Notes: generated by a model not told the origin, from the letters alone. Positions 36,502 through 46,961 are shown, numbered from the stretch's first letter. The stretch is DNA of 64,000 bases from Alphaproteobacteria bacterium (GCA_965247665.1 CBDFHH010000004.1:844595-908594), one strand, 5' to 3'. Made by a program: numbers and translations.

Positions 36502-37485
36502 CTACAGCTCCTTGCGGATGTTGACGATCCTCAGGATCACCACCACGCCGATCATCATCGCGAACATGAGCATCAACGCGTTGACCGCGGCGAACGGGTA
36601 GTTGGCCACCGCGTAGTAGTTGAGGATCACCGTGCCGGTCGTACTGGTCTTGCCGCCGTAAACCACGACGGCGGTGGCAAACTCCCCCATCAGCATGACG
36701 AAGATGAAGATCATGCCGATGGCGACGCCCGGCAGCGATAGTGGGCCAATGATTTCACGGAAAACCTGGAACGCCGACGCGCCCATGTCGCGCGCCGCTT
36801 CGAGGATGTCAGTGTCGATCTTGGCGAGCGAGAAGAAGATCGGGCCGACGGCCAGCACGACGTAAAGCTGCACCAGCGCCATGGTGTAGCCGAACTCGGA
36901 ATAGAGCAGGAAGCTGACCGGCTTGTCGACGATGTCGAGGTTGACCAGCAGTCTGTTGAGCAGGCCGCGCCGGCCCAGCATTGGCAGCCAGGCGACGGCG
37001 CGGATCAGATAGCTGGTCCAGAACGGCACCATGCACACCAGGAACAGCGCCAGCTGCCATTTGAACGACTTCACCTGCATCGCCAGGAAGTAGGCGATCG
37101 GATAGCCGACCACCAACGCGAAGAACATCACGGTCACGGTGTATCGGAACGTCGCCCACAGGGTCTTGATGAAGATCGACGGAGTCAGGAACTTGTCGCG
37201 TGCCGGATCGAAGAACCCCTCTGAGACGAAATAGTCCTCATAGGATTTGAGCGTGAAGGTCGGCTCCATGCCGTAGCCGGTGTTCTGCCAGAAACTGAAC
37301 ACCACGATGCCCAGCAGCGGGATCACCAGGAACAGCACTAGCCATAGTGTCGCCGGGCCGATCAGCCAGCCGACCGGGAAACCGCCTTCGCGCCGGTAGA
37401 CCTTGGCCTTCTCGACGATATCCTGCGGCGGCGCCGGTTGAGCGCCGATCAGTCCGGGGTGCGGTGCGTAGTCAAGCTGCGCCAT
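36502..37485 (-). CDS. ABC transporter permease, PotB/PotH-like.
   Basis: 327 aa, with EAA loop ILEAARDMGASAFQVFREI. Confidence 0.85.
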   Translation of the reverse strand: MAQLDYAPHPGLIGAQPAPPQDIVEKAKVYRREGGFPVGWLIGPATLWLVLFLVIPLLGIVVFSFWQNTGYGMEPTFTLKSYEDYFVSEGFFDPARDKFLTPSIFIKTLWATFRYTVTVMFFALVVGYPIAYFLAMQVKSFKWQLALFLVCMVPFWTSYLIRAVAWLPMLGRRGLLNRLLVNLDIVDKPVSFLLYSEFGYTMALVQLYVVLAVGPIFFSLAKIDTDILEAARDMGASAFQVFREIIGPLSLPGVAIGMIFIFVMLMGEFATAVVVYGGKTSTTGTVILNYYAVANYPFAAVNALMLMFAMMIGVVVILRIVNIRKEL

Positions 37486-37615
37486 GTGGCGACACGAAAC
37501 GCGTCACGGATGCGTACGACCCGTACTCTAAACAAAGCCGGTCGGCCTGAAAACGACCAGACCGGGTCTCCCCGAAGGGAGCCCGGCCTGGTGAACAATA
37601 TCGGTAAGCTCTGAC

Positions 37616-38899
37616 CTAGGCGTTGAGGAACTCGGTCCAGCGCTTCACCAGATAGTCGTTCTCACTCATCAAGGAATTCCACACCTCGATGTTGCTGAAC
37701 CGCTTCCAGTACGCGCCGCCGTCTCGGATCTCGCCTTCCGGAACGATGGGCGTGCCGAACGGATCAGTCAGCTCCTTGGCCGCGGGCTTACCCTCATACC
37801 AGTAATCCCACTCCTCCGGCTCGAGGTACTTCTTGACGTTTTCGGGTACCGACATGTAGTAGCCCTGGCGGGCGACGAACGCGCCGGCCCAGCCATCGAG
37901 CCACCAATTGATGTACTCGTAGGCTTGGTCAAGCGCCTTGCCGGTCGCCTTGGCCGAGATGGCGACGCCGCCGTGCCAGCCGCGGTAGCCCTCTTTCAAG
38001 TCCGCATAGATGCACGGCACGCCTTCCGCCTTGATCGCGGTCACCGCCGGCGACCACATGCTCTCGAGAACCACCTCGCCGCTGACCATCAAATTGACCG
38101 ACTGACCGAAGGTTTCCCAGAAGGCGCGGAAGTGGCCGTCCTTCTTCTTCTCGATCAGGAAACGGACCATGAAGTCGATCTCCTCCTTGGTCATGTCGCC
38201 CTTGTCCTTAAACGTGAACAGGCCCATCGCTTCAATGGCCATCGCCGCGTCCATGACGCCGATCTGCGGTGTGTTCAGCAGAGCAACCCGACCCTTGAAG
38301 TCTTCGCTGAACAGCTCGGCCCAGCTCTCGATCTTGCGGCCGGTCTCCTCGGGGTTGTAGCCGAGCGTGTCGGCGTTGTGCCAACCCGGAATCATCGACA
38401 CGTAACGCGACGGACCCTCAGTCCGGTTGCCGTTCTCGTCGACCCAGATCTGCCGCACCGGGGCGTCGCCCTGTCCGACCTTGGAGTCGGGGGTCAGCTT
38501 ACCGGTTTTACTCAGGTTGGAGACCTTGTCCCATTCCTTGACGCGAGTGGTGTCGATCGGTTGGAACACCTTGGCCGGAATGAACAGGTCCATATCGTTG
38601 TAATAGGCCTCGGCGCACTCGTACTGATCGGTTTGGTTCAGCATCTTGGTGAGCATGGCGCCATAGCCTAGCGCCTGGCCGCGGATGGTAAAGCCGAGAT
38701 CCTCGGCTCCCTGCGATTGGATCTCGTTGATGATGCTGACAGCGAGACCCACGGTGCGCAACGTCTCTGCACCGCGGACTATGGCCGGAAAACCGGTGAC
38801 AGTGGTGGCGGCCGCCGTCGTCGCTGCCGCCGTTCCGAGAAACTTGCGCCGGCTGATACTCCTCTTCGCCAAGTTGGTTTCGAGCTTACGCTTCGTCAT
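37616..38899 (-). CDS. Periplasmic substrate-binding protein, PotD/PotF (polyamine/opine-type) family, with a twin-arginine signal.
   Basis: ATG at 38899 with RBS GGAGGT: MTKRKLETNLAKRSISRRKFLGTAAATTAAATTVTGFPAIVRG (Tat motif SRRKFLG). The 965-aa track ORF is this gene plus a rejected ~540-codon upstream extension. Confidence 0.85.
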   Translation of the reverse strand: MTKRKLETNLAKRSISRRKFLGTAAATTAAATTVTGFPAIVRGAETLRTVGLAVSIINEIQSQGAEDLGFTIRGQALGYGAMLTKMLNQTDQYECAEAYYNDMDLFIPAKVFQPIDTTRVKEWDKVSNLSKTGKLTPDSKVGQGDAPVRQIWVDENGNRTEGPSRYVSMIPGWHNADTLGYNPEETGRKIESWAELFSEDFKGRVALLNTPQIGVMDAAMAIEAMGLFTFKDKGDMTKEEIDFMVRFLIEKKKDGHFRAFWETFGQSVNLMVSGEVVLESMWSPAVTAIKAEGVPCIYADLKEGYRGWHGGVAISAKATGKALDQAYEYINWWLDGWAGAFVARQGYYMSVPENVKKYLEPEEWDYWYEGKPAAKELTDPFGTPIVPEGEIRDGGAYWKRFSNIEVWNSLMSENDYLVKRWTEFLNA

Positions 38900-39028
38900 G
38901 CCTACCTCCATTGGAATGCCAATACGCAACGGGTGGAGAAATTCGCTATGTGGATAGTAGGAGAAACCCTTGTGCGGGTAAACTATGCTAGGAACGATCT
39001 CACGATCCCGTGTGCCAGGGAGGACCAA

Positions 39029-40495
39029 GTGAGCCTGTTGATCAAGAACGGCCGTATCGTGACGGCCGCGGACGACTACCACGCCGACATCTTCGTCGAG
39101 AACGAAACGATCTCGCTGATCGGCAAGAATCTGGTCATCGATGCCGATCAGGTGATAGACGCGAGCGGTAAGCTGGTTATTCCCGGCGGCGTCGATCCGC
39201 ATACCCATCTCGAAATGCCGTTCGGCGGCACCACCACCTCCGACGATTTCGAAACCGGCACCCGCGCCGCTGCCCACGGCGGCACGACCTGCCTGATCGA
39301 TTTCGCGATCCAGCCCAAGGGTGTTTCGACGATCGAAGCGCTCGACACCTGGCATGCCAAGGCGGCGAGCAAGACGGCGATCGACTATGGCTTCCACATG
39401 ATCATCACCGACCTGCCGGAGGAGCGCACGCAGGAGATGCGCCGGCTTTCGGACGAGGGCATCACTTCCTACAAGCTGTTCATGGCCTACCCGGGCGCGC
39501 TGCTGTCGGACGACGGCACGATCTTCCGGGCCATGCGCAAGGCCGGCGAGGACGGTACCCTGGTGTGCATGCATGCCGAAAACGGCATCGTCATCGACGA
39601 ACTGGCCAAAACCGCCTTTGCCGACGGCAAGGGGCCGGAGCCCCGCCAGCACGCTTACACCAGGCCGACCCGGCTCGAGGCCGAGGGCGTGCACCGTGCG
39701 CTGGCGATCGCCGAGGTCGCGCGGGCACCGTGCTACATCGTTCACCTCACGTGCTACGACGCCCTCAAGGAACTGCGCGACGCACAGGCGCGCGGGGTGA
39801 TGGCGCATGCTGAGACCTGCCCGCAATATTTGCTGCTGGACATCTCGGCCTACGACGAGCCCGGTTTCGACGGTGCCAAGTACGTTCTGACTCCGCCCTT
39901 GCGCGAAAAGTGGAACCAGGACGAGCTGTGGCGCGGCCTGCGGCGTCATTCGCTCGACGTGATCTCGACCGACCATTGCCCGTTCTGCCTGCGCGAGCAA
40001 AAGGAGCTGGGCCGCGACGACTTCCGCAAGATCCCCAATGGGGGGCCGGGGGTCGAGAACCGCATGAGCCTGATCTACCACTACGGGGTCAGTGGCGGGC
40101 GCATCAATCTCAACCGCTTCGTCGAGCTGACCTCGACCGCACCGGCCAAGATCTTCGGCCTGTTCCCCAAGAAGGGCACCATCGCGGTGGGCAGCGACGC
40201 CGACATCGTCGTGTTCGACCCCGAGCACGAGGAGACCATCAGTTACCACAACCCGCGCACCCACCACATGAACATCGATTACAACGCTTATGAGGGATTC
40301 CCGGTCAGGGGTTACACCGAGACGGTGATCTCGCGCGGCCGCACCATCATCCGGAACGGCGAGTATATCGGCCGCAAGGGCGACGGCTCGTTTGTCAAGC
40401 GCGGTCTCTATGGCGGGCTCTACGACACCGCCGACCGTAGCGCGGTCATCGACGCGACGCCGGCGCAGCGCCCGCTGCAACGCGCGGCGGAGTAG
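39029..40495 (+). CDS. D-hydantoinase / dihydropyrimidinase (cyclic amidohydrolase, metal-dependent).
   Basis: GTG at 39029 with RBS GGGAGG: VSLLIKNGRIVTAADDYHADIFVENETISLIGKNL..., then GGVDPHTHLEMPFGGT, the carboxylated-Lys context ITSYKLFMAY and the HAENG motif; 488 aa. An alternative in-frame ATG at 38948 is possible. Confidence 0.85.
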   Translation: MSLLIKNGRIVTAADDYHADIFVENETISLIGKNLVIDADQVIDASGKLVIPGGVDPHTHLEMPFGGTTTSDDFETGTRAAAHGGTTCLIDFAIQPKGVSTIEALDTWHAKAASKTAIDYGFHMIITDLPEERTQEMRRLSDEGITSYKLFMAYPGALLSDDGTIFRAMRKAGEDGTLVCMHAENGIVIDELAKTAFADGKGPEPRQHAYTRPTRLEAEGVHRALAIAEVARAPCYIVHLTCYDALKELRDAQARGVMAHAETCPQYLLLDISAYDEPGFDGAKYVLTPPLREKWNQDELWRGLRRHSLDVISTDHCPFCLREQKELGRDDFRKIPNGGPGVENRMSLIYHYGVSGGRINLNRFVELTSTAPAKIFGLFPKKGTIAVGSDADIVVFDPEHEETISYHNPRTHHMNIDYNAYEGFPVRGYTETVISRGRTIIRNGEYIGRKGDGSFVKRGLYGGLYDTADRSAVIDATPAQRPLQRAAE

Positions 40496-40566
40496 AAGCG
40501 GCGCCCCGGCCACGCGGAAGTTGGTTCGGTCCGCGCTGGGAGGGCGTCGACCAATCTGGTTCGGGA

Positions 40567-41304
40567 ATGGCTGATAAGGTCTTTGTCGGCAACTCGGGTA
40601 TCCTGTCTTTCGAGCACGTCAACTTCATGGCGATCGGCGCCTACGTTGCCGCCTAGCTGACGATCGTACCGGTGACCAGGAAGGTGCTGTTGCCGGGATT
40701 GCCCGCATTTCTCGCGACTGCTCATTGGCCGCCGCTTTCGCGGTGGTGGTCGGGGTGCCGCTGGTGCGCCTATTGGGAATCGCAGCGAGCATCGGCACCT
40801 TCGCGATCCTGTCGATCGTCCACACCGTATTCTCGAATCGGGACTCGATGACCGGTGGCGCCGACTCGCTGTTCGGGTTGACGACCTACGCCGATACGTA
40901 CGTCGCACTGGCCTCGGCGAAGGCTGCGGTGATCGCCGCCTTCGCCTATCAGGAATCGCGCTTCGGGTTTCGTTTGCACGGCGCACGCGCACTTTCCCGG
41001 TGTCGTCGTTGTCGCCGGCTTTTTTCTCAACCTCACTTTTCTCACTATTGCCATGCTCGTGATCGGCGGAATGCAAAGCCTGTCGGGAGCGGTCGCCGGG
41101 ATGATCCCGGTCTCGGTGGCGGTCGAGCTGCTGCGTCACGTCGCGCGCGGCATGGATCTCGGCATCGTTGCCTTGCCGATCTTGCCCGGCATTCGCGAGG
41201 TCGTGCTTGCGGTGGTGATGTCGCTGGTGCTGATATTCCGCCCGCAGGGACTGCTTGGTGCCGAATTACGCCCACCCGCTGTGCTCAGGCGCCGGCTCGA
41301 ATAG
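40567..41304 (+). pseudogene. Remnant of a branched-chain amino-acid ABC transporter permease (LivH/LivM family). It is 5'-truncated, with an in-frame TAG and at least one frameshift.
   Basis: Fragment MADKVFVGNSGILSFEHVNFMAIGAYVAA* (TAG at 40654-40656). Liv-like helices then continue in other frames (..AAAFAVVVGVPLVRLLGIAASIGTFAILSIV..; ..LVIGGMQSLSGAVAGMIPVSVAVELLRH..LVLIFRPQGLLG). A T-run at about 41015-41022 lies near the frame switch. Confidence 0.55.
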
Positions 41305-41355
41305 CCCTGTGCGCCAACCAACACGGCCTATCGGCAATAACTATATGGTCACGCC

Positions 41356-42543
41356 ATGAACGACTCACCTTTTCTCGAACCCGGCCGCATCGGCGGCGTC
41401 GAGCTGAAGAACCGGCTGGTGCGCGCGCCGACCTCGGAATCGATGGCCGAGCCGGACGGCAGGGTCAACGACGCACTCAAGAAGCTGTACGGCGATCTGG
41501 CGCGGGGCGGCGCCGGGCTCATTGTCACCGGGCATGTCTATGTGGAATCGCGCGGACAGTACTCGCCGAATCAAATGGGCATCTACGACGACACCCTCGT
41601 GCCGGGCTTGAGCGAGTTGGTCGACGTGGTTCACGAGGCGGGGGGAACGATTTTCGCCGAACTGGCTCATGCCGGCAGCCAGTCGGTCATGCCCGATGTC
41701 AGACCGGTGGCGCCGTCCGTGATTCCCAATGCGATATTCGAACGCGAACCCGTGGAACTGGACGATGCAGGGATCGAAGAAGTCATCGCTGCGTTCGGCG
41801 CGGGCGCGCGGCGCGCTAAAGAGGCCGGCTTCGACGGCATCCACATTCATGGCGCCAATGGATACCTCCTCAGCGAGTTCACCTCACCGCACGCCAATAG
41901 GCGGAGCGACGATTGGGGCGGCGACCCCGAGCGCCGTGGTCGGTTCTTCGAGGAGGTCTATCAGCGCATTCGCGATACCGTCGCCTCTGACCTGCCGGTC
42001 ACGGCGCGGGTGGGCATCGCGGACAGCGTCGAGGGAGGCCTCGCGATCGAAGACGGCGTTGCGCTGGTCGGGCGGTTGCGACAGCGCGGCCTCGATGCGG
42101 TCGAGACGACCCTCGGGGTGTTGGGCTCATACCTCGAGAACGTTCGGCCCTATGTCGCGGTGAGCGCGGCGCGCGCGTTGGCCAGCGGGCTCTATCCGCG
42201 CTTGTTCGAGCCGGCCGGATCGGAAGCCTACTACCGGCCCTACGCACAGGCGGTGAAGCAGTCGGTCGATATCCCGGTGATCCTGATCGGAGGCATGCGC
42301 AGGACCGAGACCATGGCCGAGGTGATCGATTCCGGCGATGCCGATTTCATCGCCATGGCGCGGCCGTTTATCCGCGAGCCCGACATTGCCAAGCAGATCG
42401 CGGCGGGCCGGCGCGGAATGGTCGATTGCGTATCGTGCAATATCTGCCTCTACCATGACGGCCGCGACCCGTTGCAATGCTGGCGGCGCGAGTGGCGCTC
42501 GCTGGCGCGTCACGCCTATTGCCGTTTGTGGCGCGACCGTTGA
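41356..42543 (+). CDS. NADH:flavin oxidoreductase, Old Yellow Enzyme family.
   Basis: GGVELKNRLVRAPT, GAGLIVTGHVYV, HAGSQ, GFDGIHIHGANGYLLSEF, RRSDDWGG; 395 aa. Confidence 0.85.
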   Translation: MNDSPFLEPGRIGGVELKNRLVRAPTSESMAEPDGRVNDALKKLYGDLARGGAGLIVTGHVYVESRGQYSPNQMGIYDDTLVPGLSELVDVVHEAGGTIFAELAHAGSQSVMPDVRPVAPSVIPNAIFEREPVELDDAGIEEVIAAFGAGARRAKEAGFDGIHIHGANGYLLSEFTSPHANRRSDDWGGDPERRGRFFEEVYQRIRDTVASDLPVTARVGIADSVEGGLAIEDGVALVGRLRQRGLDAVETTLGVLGSYLENVRPYVAVSAARALASGLYPRLFEPAGSEAYYRPYAQAVKQSVDIPVILIGGMRRTETMAEVIDSGDADFIAMARPFIREPDIAKQIAAGRRGMVDCVSCNICLYHDGRDPLQCWRREWRSLARHAYCRLWRDR

Positions 42544-42669
42544 TCGGGTTTAGGGTCGCCTGAAGCGGCGGCCCGTTCGCGGGCTCGATGGAGTGACCGT
42601 CGCGCAGCAGAGCGCCCTCGGCAACCCTTGCTCCGGTTGCCCCGGCAAGCTTGAGGTGCTCCAGCTAGA

Positions 42670-43155
42670 CTAGGTGCTCTGGCGGGCGGCGTGGACGATC
42701 TTCAGCAGCCAGAAGATGATGCAGAACGCGGCGGTGAGGATCACCAGCGCCACCACGGCGGCGAGACGTTCGCCGAAACCGCTGTCGATTTGGCCCTGGC
42801 GCAGCAGGTGGATGCACAGGCTCTGCACCGACTGCAGCGTGGCGCCCGCGCTCAGTAGGATGGCGACAAAGGTCGAGCCGCGCAGCGAGCTCAGCACGAT
42901 CGCTTCGATACTGCCCTGCTGCACGATATAAAGCCGATAGGCGCGCCAGTGGTAGCTGCAGAAGCCGATAATGCCGATGATCAGCGCGATCCAGAAGATC
43001 GAATTGTCGAAGGTGAGACCGTTGAGGATGAGCGTGAACAGGTCATCGAACGGCTGATAGAAATACAGGAAGATCAGGACGACGATGAACAGGAGGAAGC
43101 CCACCAGCGTCCAGAATAAGCGCCACCCACTCATGGCCTGTCCGATCTCCCTCAC
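42670..43155 (-). CDS. Small 4-TM membrane protein, paralog 2 (same unknown family as 25186-25695).
   Basis: MREIGQAMSGWRLFWTLVGFLLFIVVLIFLYFYQPFDD...AILLSAGATLQSV...GQIDSGFGERL...; 161 aa. Confidence 0.55.
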   Translation of the reverse strand: MREIGQAMSGWRLFWTLVGFLLFIVVLIFLYFYQPFDDLFTLILNGLTFDNSIFWIALIIGIIGFCSYHWRAYRLYIVQQGSIEAIVLSSLRGSTFVAILLSAGATLQSVQSLCIHLLRQGQIDSGFGERLAAVVALVILTAAFCIIFWLLKIVHAARQST

Positions 43156-43351
43156 ACCAAGCTTGCAACCCGGGGCGCGCGGTCGATAACCGCCCGTTTG
43201 TACCTGCCGCTCTTGCCAAACGCAATCGCACCTTCACCCTGGATCCCACGAAGCCGCGCTTGCGCGGTGCCAACGGCACGGCAGTCGCACCTTCGAACCC
43301 GCAACCGGGAGAGGGAACCCGGCGGTGCGTGTGAAGCGCTTTCCATACCCT

Positions 43352-44419
43352 CTAGCCTTCGCCGGGGACGGCACCGATCAGCAGAATCGCGTAGGCCGCC
43401 ACGAACAGAAAGTCCTTGATCGCCGGCACCGCGGAGCGGGTGTCGGAATCGCGCCTCGCTACCAAGGCGATGATCTCGAGCACGAGGAAGATGAGCGCCA
43501 AGAAGAAGAACGGCCAGATCGAGCTCCACCAGCTCAAACCTTCCGGCAGCTCGACTCCCTGCACGGCGCGCCAGATCAGCAGTAGGACCGGCAGCCCGGT
43601 CAGATAGGCATAGGCGATCAGGAAACGGATACGAACGGCGGTGCGGTCGACGATCCAAAAAATGAAATAAAACAGCACCACGTTGATCATATCCCACAGC
43701 ACGGCGCCGTATTCGTCACCGGCCTCGCTCTGCAGCAGGTTGAGGAAACCGAGGATCAGCAGGAACACGATCAGGTCGCAGAACAGCCATTCGCGCGTGG
43801 TCTCGCCGCCGCCATGCGCGCTCCAGGCGCGAGTTGCCTTGTCGAACAGCAGCACCAGCGATACGGCGACGCTGGCGGGATAGATCAGGTAGAGCATCAG
43901 CGCGTATTGCTGCGCCGCCGGTACGTAGATCCAGTTGAGCAACAGGAAGCCGAGCGCGAGGATGAACAGCCCGAGGAGATTGCCGCCGGTGCTGGTGGCA
44001 ATCGGAGCGGCGGTCGCGACGGCGGCCGGTTGGGCGGCGCCTTCTGCCGGCACGCTGCGCGGTTGCCGCGGGATGCGGGTGAACGCGTAGATCAAGAAGC
44101 CGATCACGGCGATGCCGCCGATCGCCAACATGACGATGAAGAAGATCAGCGAACGGTCGTCGTCGACGATCTCGGTACGGGCGAGTTGGCTGTCGGCGCC
44201 GGGGCTCAGTTCCCAGATCAACAGCGCCGCGACCACAACCAGCAGAATGATCGCCAGCACGTAGACATACCATTGCGGCCCGGCCGGAACGGCGGGGCCG
44301 TCGGCGGTGGCTTCCTGCGCGCGCGCAGAGCGGGCGACCAGCGAGACCAGGAACGCGAGTACGCCGACGATGGCGATCGCGATCATCACCTCGATGAAGA
44401 GCCAGGCGCGGTCGTCCAC
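43352..44419 (-). CDS. Hypothetical polytopic membrane protein (~8 TM), no recognised family.
   Basis: 355 aa, strongly hydrophobic segments throughout. Lies between membrane paralog 2 and hyuB copy 2 on the same strand. Confidence 0.5.
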   Translation of the reverse strand: MDDRAWLFIEVMIAIAIVGVLAFLVSLVARSARAQEATADGPAVPAGPQWYVYVLAIILLVVVAALLIWELSPGADSQLARTEIVDDDRSLIFFIVMLAIGGIAVIGFLIYAFTRIPRQPRSVPAEGAAQPAAVATAAPIATSTGGNLLGLFILALGFLLLNWIYVPAAQQYALMLYLIYPASVAVSLVLLFDKATRAWSAHGGGETTREWLFCDLIVFLLILGFLNLLQSEAGDEYGAVLWDMINVVLFYFIFWIVDRTAVRIRFLIAYAYLTGLPVLLLIWRAVQGVELPEGLSWWSSIWPFFFLALIFLVLEIIALVARRDSDTRSAVPAIKDFLFVAAYAILLIGAVPGEG

Positions 44420-44669
44420 TTGGGTTACCTCATCCCCTGAAGTCTATTGGTTGCGCTCGGCCAAGCTTCGGTGGAGTCCCGCATGGACGATTCGATTCGA
44501 CCGGTATGGGCACCGCTGAAATGCCCCTTCGCCCTGGCCTCTTCCCCAGGGGTGAGAGGGTCGTCTTGGTCGCGTGCGGCGCGGACCGACTGCCTTGCGA
44601 GACGGCGGTCATGGATCCGGGAATCACGGCGGACAGTGGGTCGTGGCGTCTTCCGCCGAGCCGACCCGA

Positions 44670-46943
44670 TCAGCCGCCGCGTAAGCGCCGGGTTTCCTGC
44701 TCGTTGACGGTTTCGGTCTCAGGATTGATGACCACACCATAGACCTCGCTCGCCTTCTCGAGCGTGACGAAGTCGTCGAGCCAGTCGCTCAGCACCATCT
44801 CGGGATCGCGCTTCTTGGGATCGCCGTAACCGCCGCCGGAGGGACCGACGATGCGGACCATGTCCCCGGCCTTCATCTTGGCGCCCGTCACCTTCGACGG
44901 CCAGTTCTCTTCATCGGGCTGGCCGGGATTCTTGATGAGCTGTCCGACCAGGCCGCTCTCGCCACCGAACACGCCGACCGGCGCCTCCTTGTGGCGGTCC
45001 GCTTCGCACGAGATGAAGCCGTCTACGAGGAAGCGGTTCTCGCGCACGATGCCAATGCCGCCGCGCCACTGTCCGGCGGCGGCCGGGTCGAGCCGAAGCT
45101 CGTAACGCTCGTTGTGCAGCGGGTAGTGCATGTCGAGCTCTTCGACCGGATTGTTGCGGGTATTGGCCATCAGATTGTCGACGCTGTCCATAGCGTCCTT
45201 GCCGTAACGGCCACCGTAACTGCCTTCGTCGACCTCGAGATACATCCAGTATTGCTGCTTCTCCTCGAGGAAGCCGCTGTAGGAGATAAAATAGAGCGAG
45301 GCCGAATTGCCGCCGGTCGCTTTTTCGGGGATCACCGGCGCCAGCGCCTGGATCGTGCAGTCGATCACCCTTTGGATCTGGGCGAAGCGCGAGAAGCAGG
45401 CGCGCGGGAAGTTGGGGTTGAAGATCGTGCCTTTCGGCGCGGTGACCTTGACCGGGCGGAAGATGCCTTCGTTCTGCGGCACGAATTCCTCGAGCTCGGC
45501 CTCGTCGAGCAGCAGCGTTCGCACGATGTAGTAGCAGGCGACCTTGCAGCTGCCCTCGAACGGTACGTTGAAGCCGGTTTCCACCTCCATCGCCGAACCG
45601 GTCAGATCGATCTCGATGTCGCTGCCCTTGACCCGGACGGTGACGTTGACCTTGAGCGGCACGTCACGGTTCTTGCCGTCGTCGTCGAGCCAGCCCTCGG
45701 CGTGGTACTCGCCGTCCGGGACCTTCTCGATCTCGCTTCGCAGCATGCGCTCGGAGTAGTCCATCCAGTAATTGGCCGAGCCCATCACCGTTTCGACGCC
45801 GTACTTCTCGACCAACGCGAGGAAGCGTTCGCGTCCCTTCTCGACCGAGGCGATCATCGCGTCGATGTCGGACGTGTCCATATCGGGCGTCCGCACATTT
45901 TCGATGATCATCTGCCACATCTCTTCGTTGCGGACGCCGCGGTCGTAGAGCTTGACCGCATTGAACAGCTTGGCTTCGGCAAACACGTCGACCACGTCGA
46001 CATTGATGCCGGGCGCGGCGCCGCCGAGGTCGAGCAGGTGAGCGGTGTTGGCCGAGAAGCCGATCAGCTCGCCGTTATAGACGATCGGCACCATCACCCC
46101 GAGATCGGGCGTGTGCGACGAACCGTGGTAGGGGTGGTTGTGTATGATGACGTCGCCGTCGTTGATTTTGCCTTCGAGGCGCTTGAGCACCCCGCGGATA
46201 TAGAAAGGCAGCGAGCCGATATGCATCGGCGTGCTTTCGCTTTCGCACAGTTCGTTGCCGTTCATGTCGAAGATGCCGCAGCCGAGATCTTCGGACTCGC
46301 GGATGATGCTCGAGTAGGACATGCGGTAGAGGACGTGTGCCATCTCCTTGGCGATGGCGTTGAAGGCGCCGCCGATTACCCGCAGCGTCACCGGATCGAG
46401 GTGGTCGTATGCGAAATCGGTGATTAGTCGTTTCGACGCAGTCGGTCGCGGCAGCGCCGCCGGTTCGGCGCTCGGCCTGGGCAGTCGCTCGGTAGCTGGT
46501 TGCGGTTCCGGCGCGCGCAACTGGGCCCGGGCCGGTTCCGGCGCCGCGATCTGCGCCCCCCGATCGGGGCCGACCGGAGGCGGCAGTTGGCGCTGCGGTT
46601 GGTCGGACCGGGCTTCGATGCGCGGCGCGCCCGGTTCCGGCGCAGGCATCGACTGGACCTCGTCGGGGAACCGGCCGTTGAGCAGCGTCGTCGCACATTT
46701 GCGCAGGCTGTCGTTCGATGCCCGCTCGAGCTGTTCGCCGAGCGACAAGGTGCCGTTGCCGTTGGCGTGACCCGTATCGCGGACCTCGGAGCCATCGGCC
46801 TTGAGGGCACCGGTTACTTCGACGCCACCGCCATTGCGACCATGGTCGATGATGTCGAAACTCCACGCATCGCCATAGGCGTCACGCAGTGCGGTGATCA
46901 CCGCGGCGATCGGACCGTTGCCGGAGCTGAGATGGGTATCCAT
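44670..46943 (-). CDS. hyuB: HyuB (hydantoinase/oxoprolinase B) with N-terminal Rad52/Mgm101-like domain and a long Pro/Ala-rich linker; copy 2.
   Basis: ATG at 46943, 18 bp after the hyuA-2 stop. N-terminus reads ITALRDAYGDAWSFDIIDHGRNGGGVEVTGALKADGSEVRDTGHANGNGTLSLGEQLERASNDSLRKCATTLL, followed by ~80 aa of P/A/E-rich linker and then the HyuB core LDPVTLRVIGGAFNAIAKEMAHVLYRMSYSSIIRES... About 35% identical to copy 1 in the core by eye, so not a recent duplication. Confidence 0.88.
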   Translation of the reverse strand: MDTHLSSGNGPIAAVITALRDAYGDAWSFDIIDHGRNGGGVEVTGALKADGSEVRDTGHANGNGTLSLGEQLERASNDSLRKCATTLLNGRFPDEVQSMPAPEPGAPRIEARSDQPQRQLPPPVGPDRGAQIAAPEPARAQLRAPEPQPATERLPRPSAEPAALPRPTASKRLITDFAYDHLDPVTLRVIGGAFNAIAKEMAHVLYRMSYSSIIRESEDLGCGIFDMNGNELCESESTPMHIGSLPFYIRGVLKRLEGKINDGDVIIHNHPYHGSSHTPDLGVMVPIVYNGELIGFSANTAHLLDLGGAAPGINVDVVDVFAEAKLFNAVKLYDRGVRNEEMWQMIIENVRTPDMDTSDIDAMIASVEKGRERFLALVEKYGVETVMGSANYWMDYSERMLRSEIEKVPDGEYHAEGWLDDDGKNRDVPLKVNVTVRVKGSDIEIDLTGSAMEVETGFNVPFEGSCKVACYYIVRTLLLDEAELEEFVPQNEGIFRPVKVTAPKGTIFNPNFPRACFSRFAQIQRVIDCTIQALAPVIPEKATGGNSASLYFISYSGFLEEKQQYWMYLEVDEGSYGGRYGKDAMDSVDNLMANTRNNPVEELDMHYPLHNERYELRLDPAAAGQWRGGIGIVRENRFLVDGFISCEADRHKEAPVGVFGGESGLVGQLIKNPGQPDEENWPSKVTGAKMKAGDMVRIVGPSGGGYGDPKKRDPEMVLSDWLDDFVTLEKASEVYGVVINPETETVNEQETRRLRGG

Positions 46944-46961
46944 GTGTGTATCCCCGGGTTT

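Noticed and set aside
38900-40513. N-terminal ~540 codons of the 965-aa minus ORF (37616-40513)
   Set aside because: Only the last 427 codons, from the ATG at 38899 with an RBS and Tat signal, look like a protein (PotD-like SBP). The upstream part is antisense to the D-hydantoinase gene.
44991-46427. 478-aa plus-strand ORF
   Set aside because: Antisense to hyuB-2.
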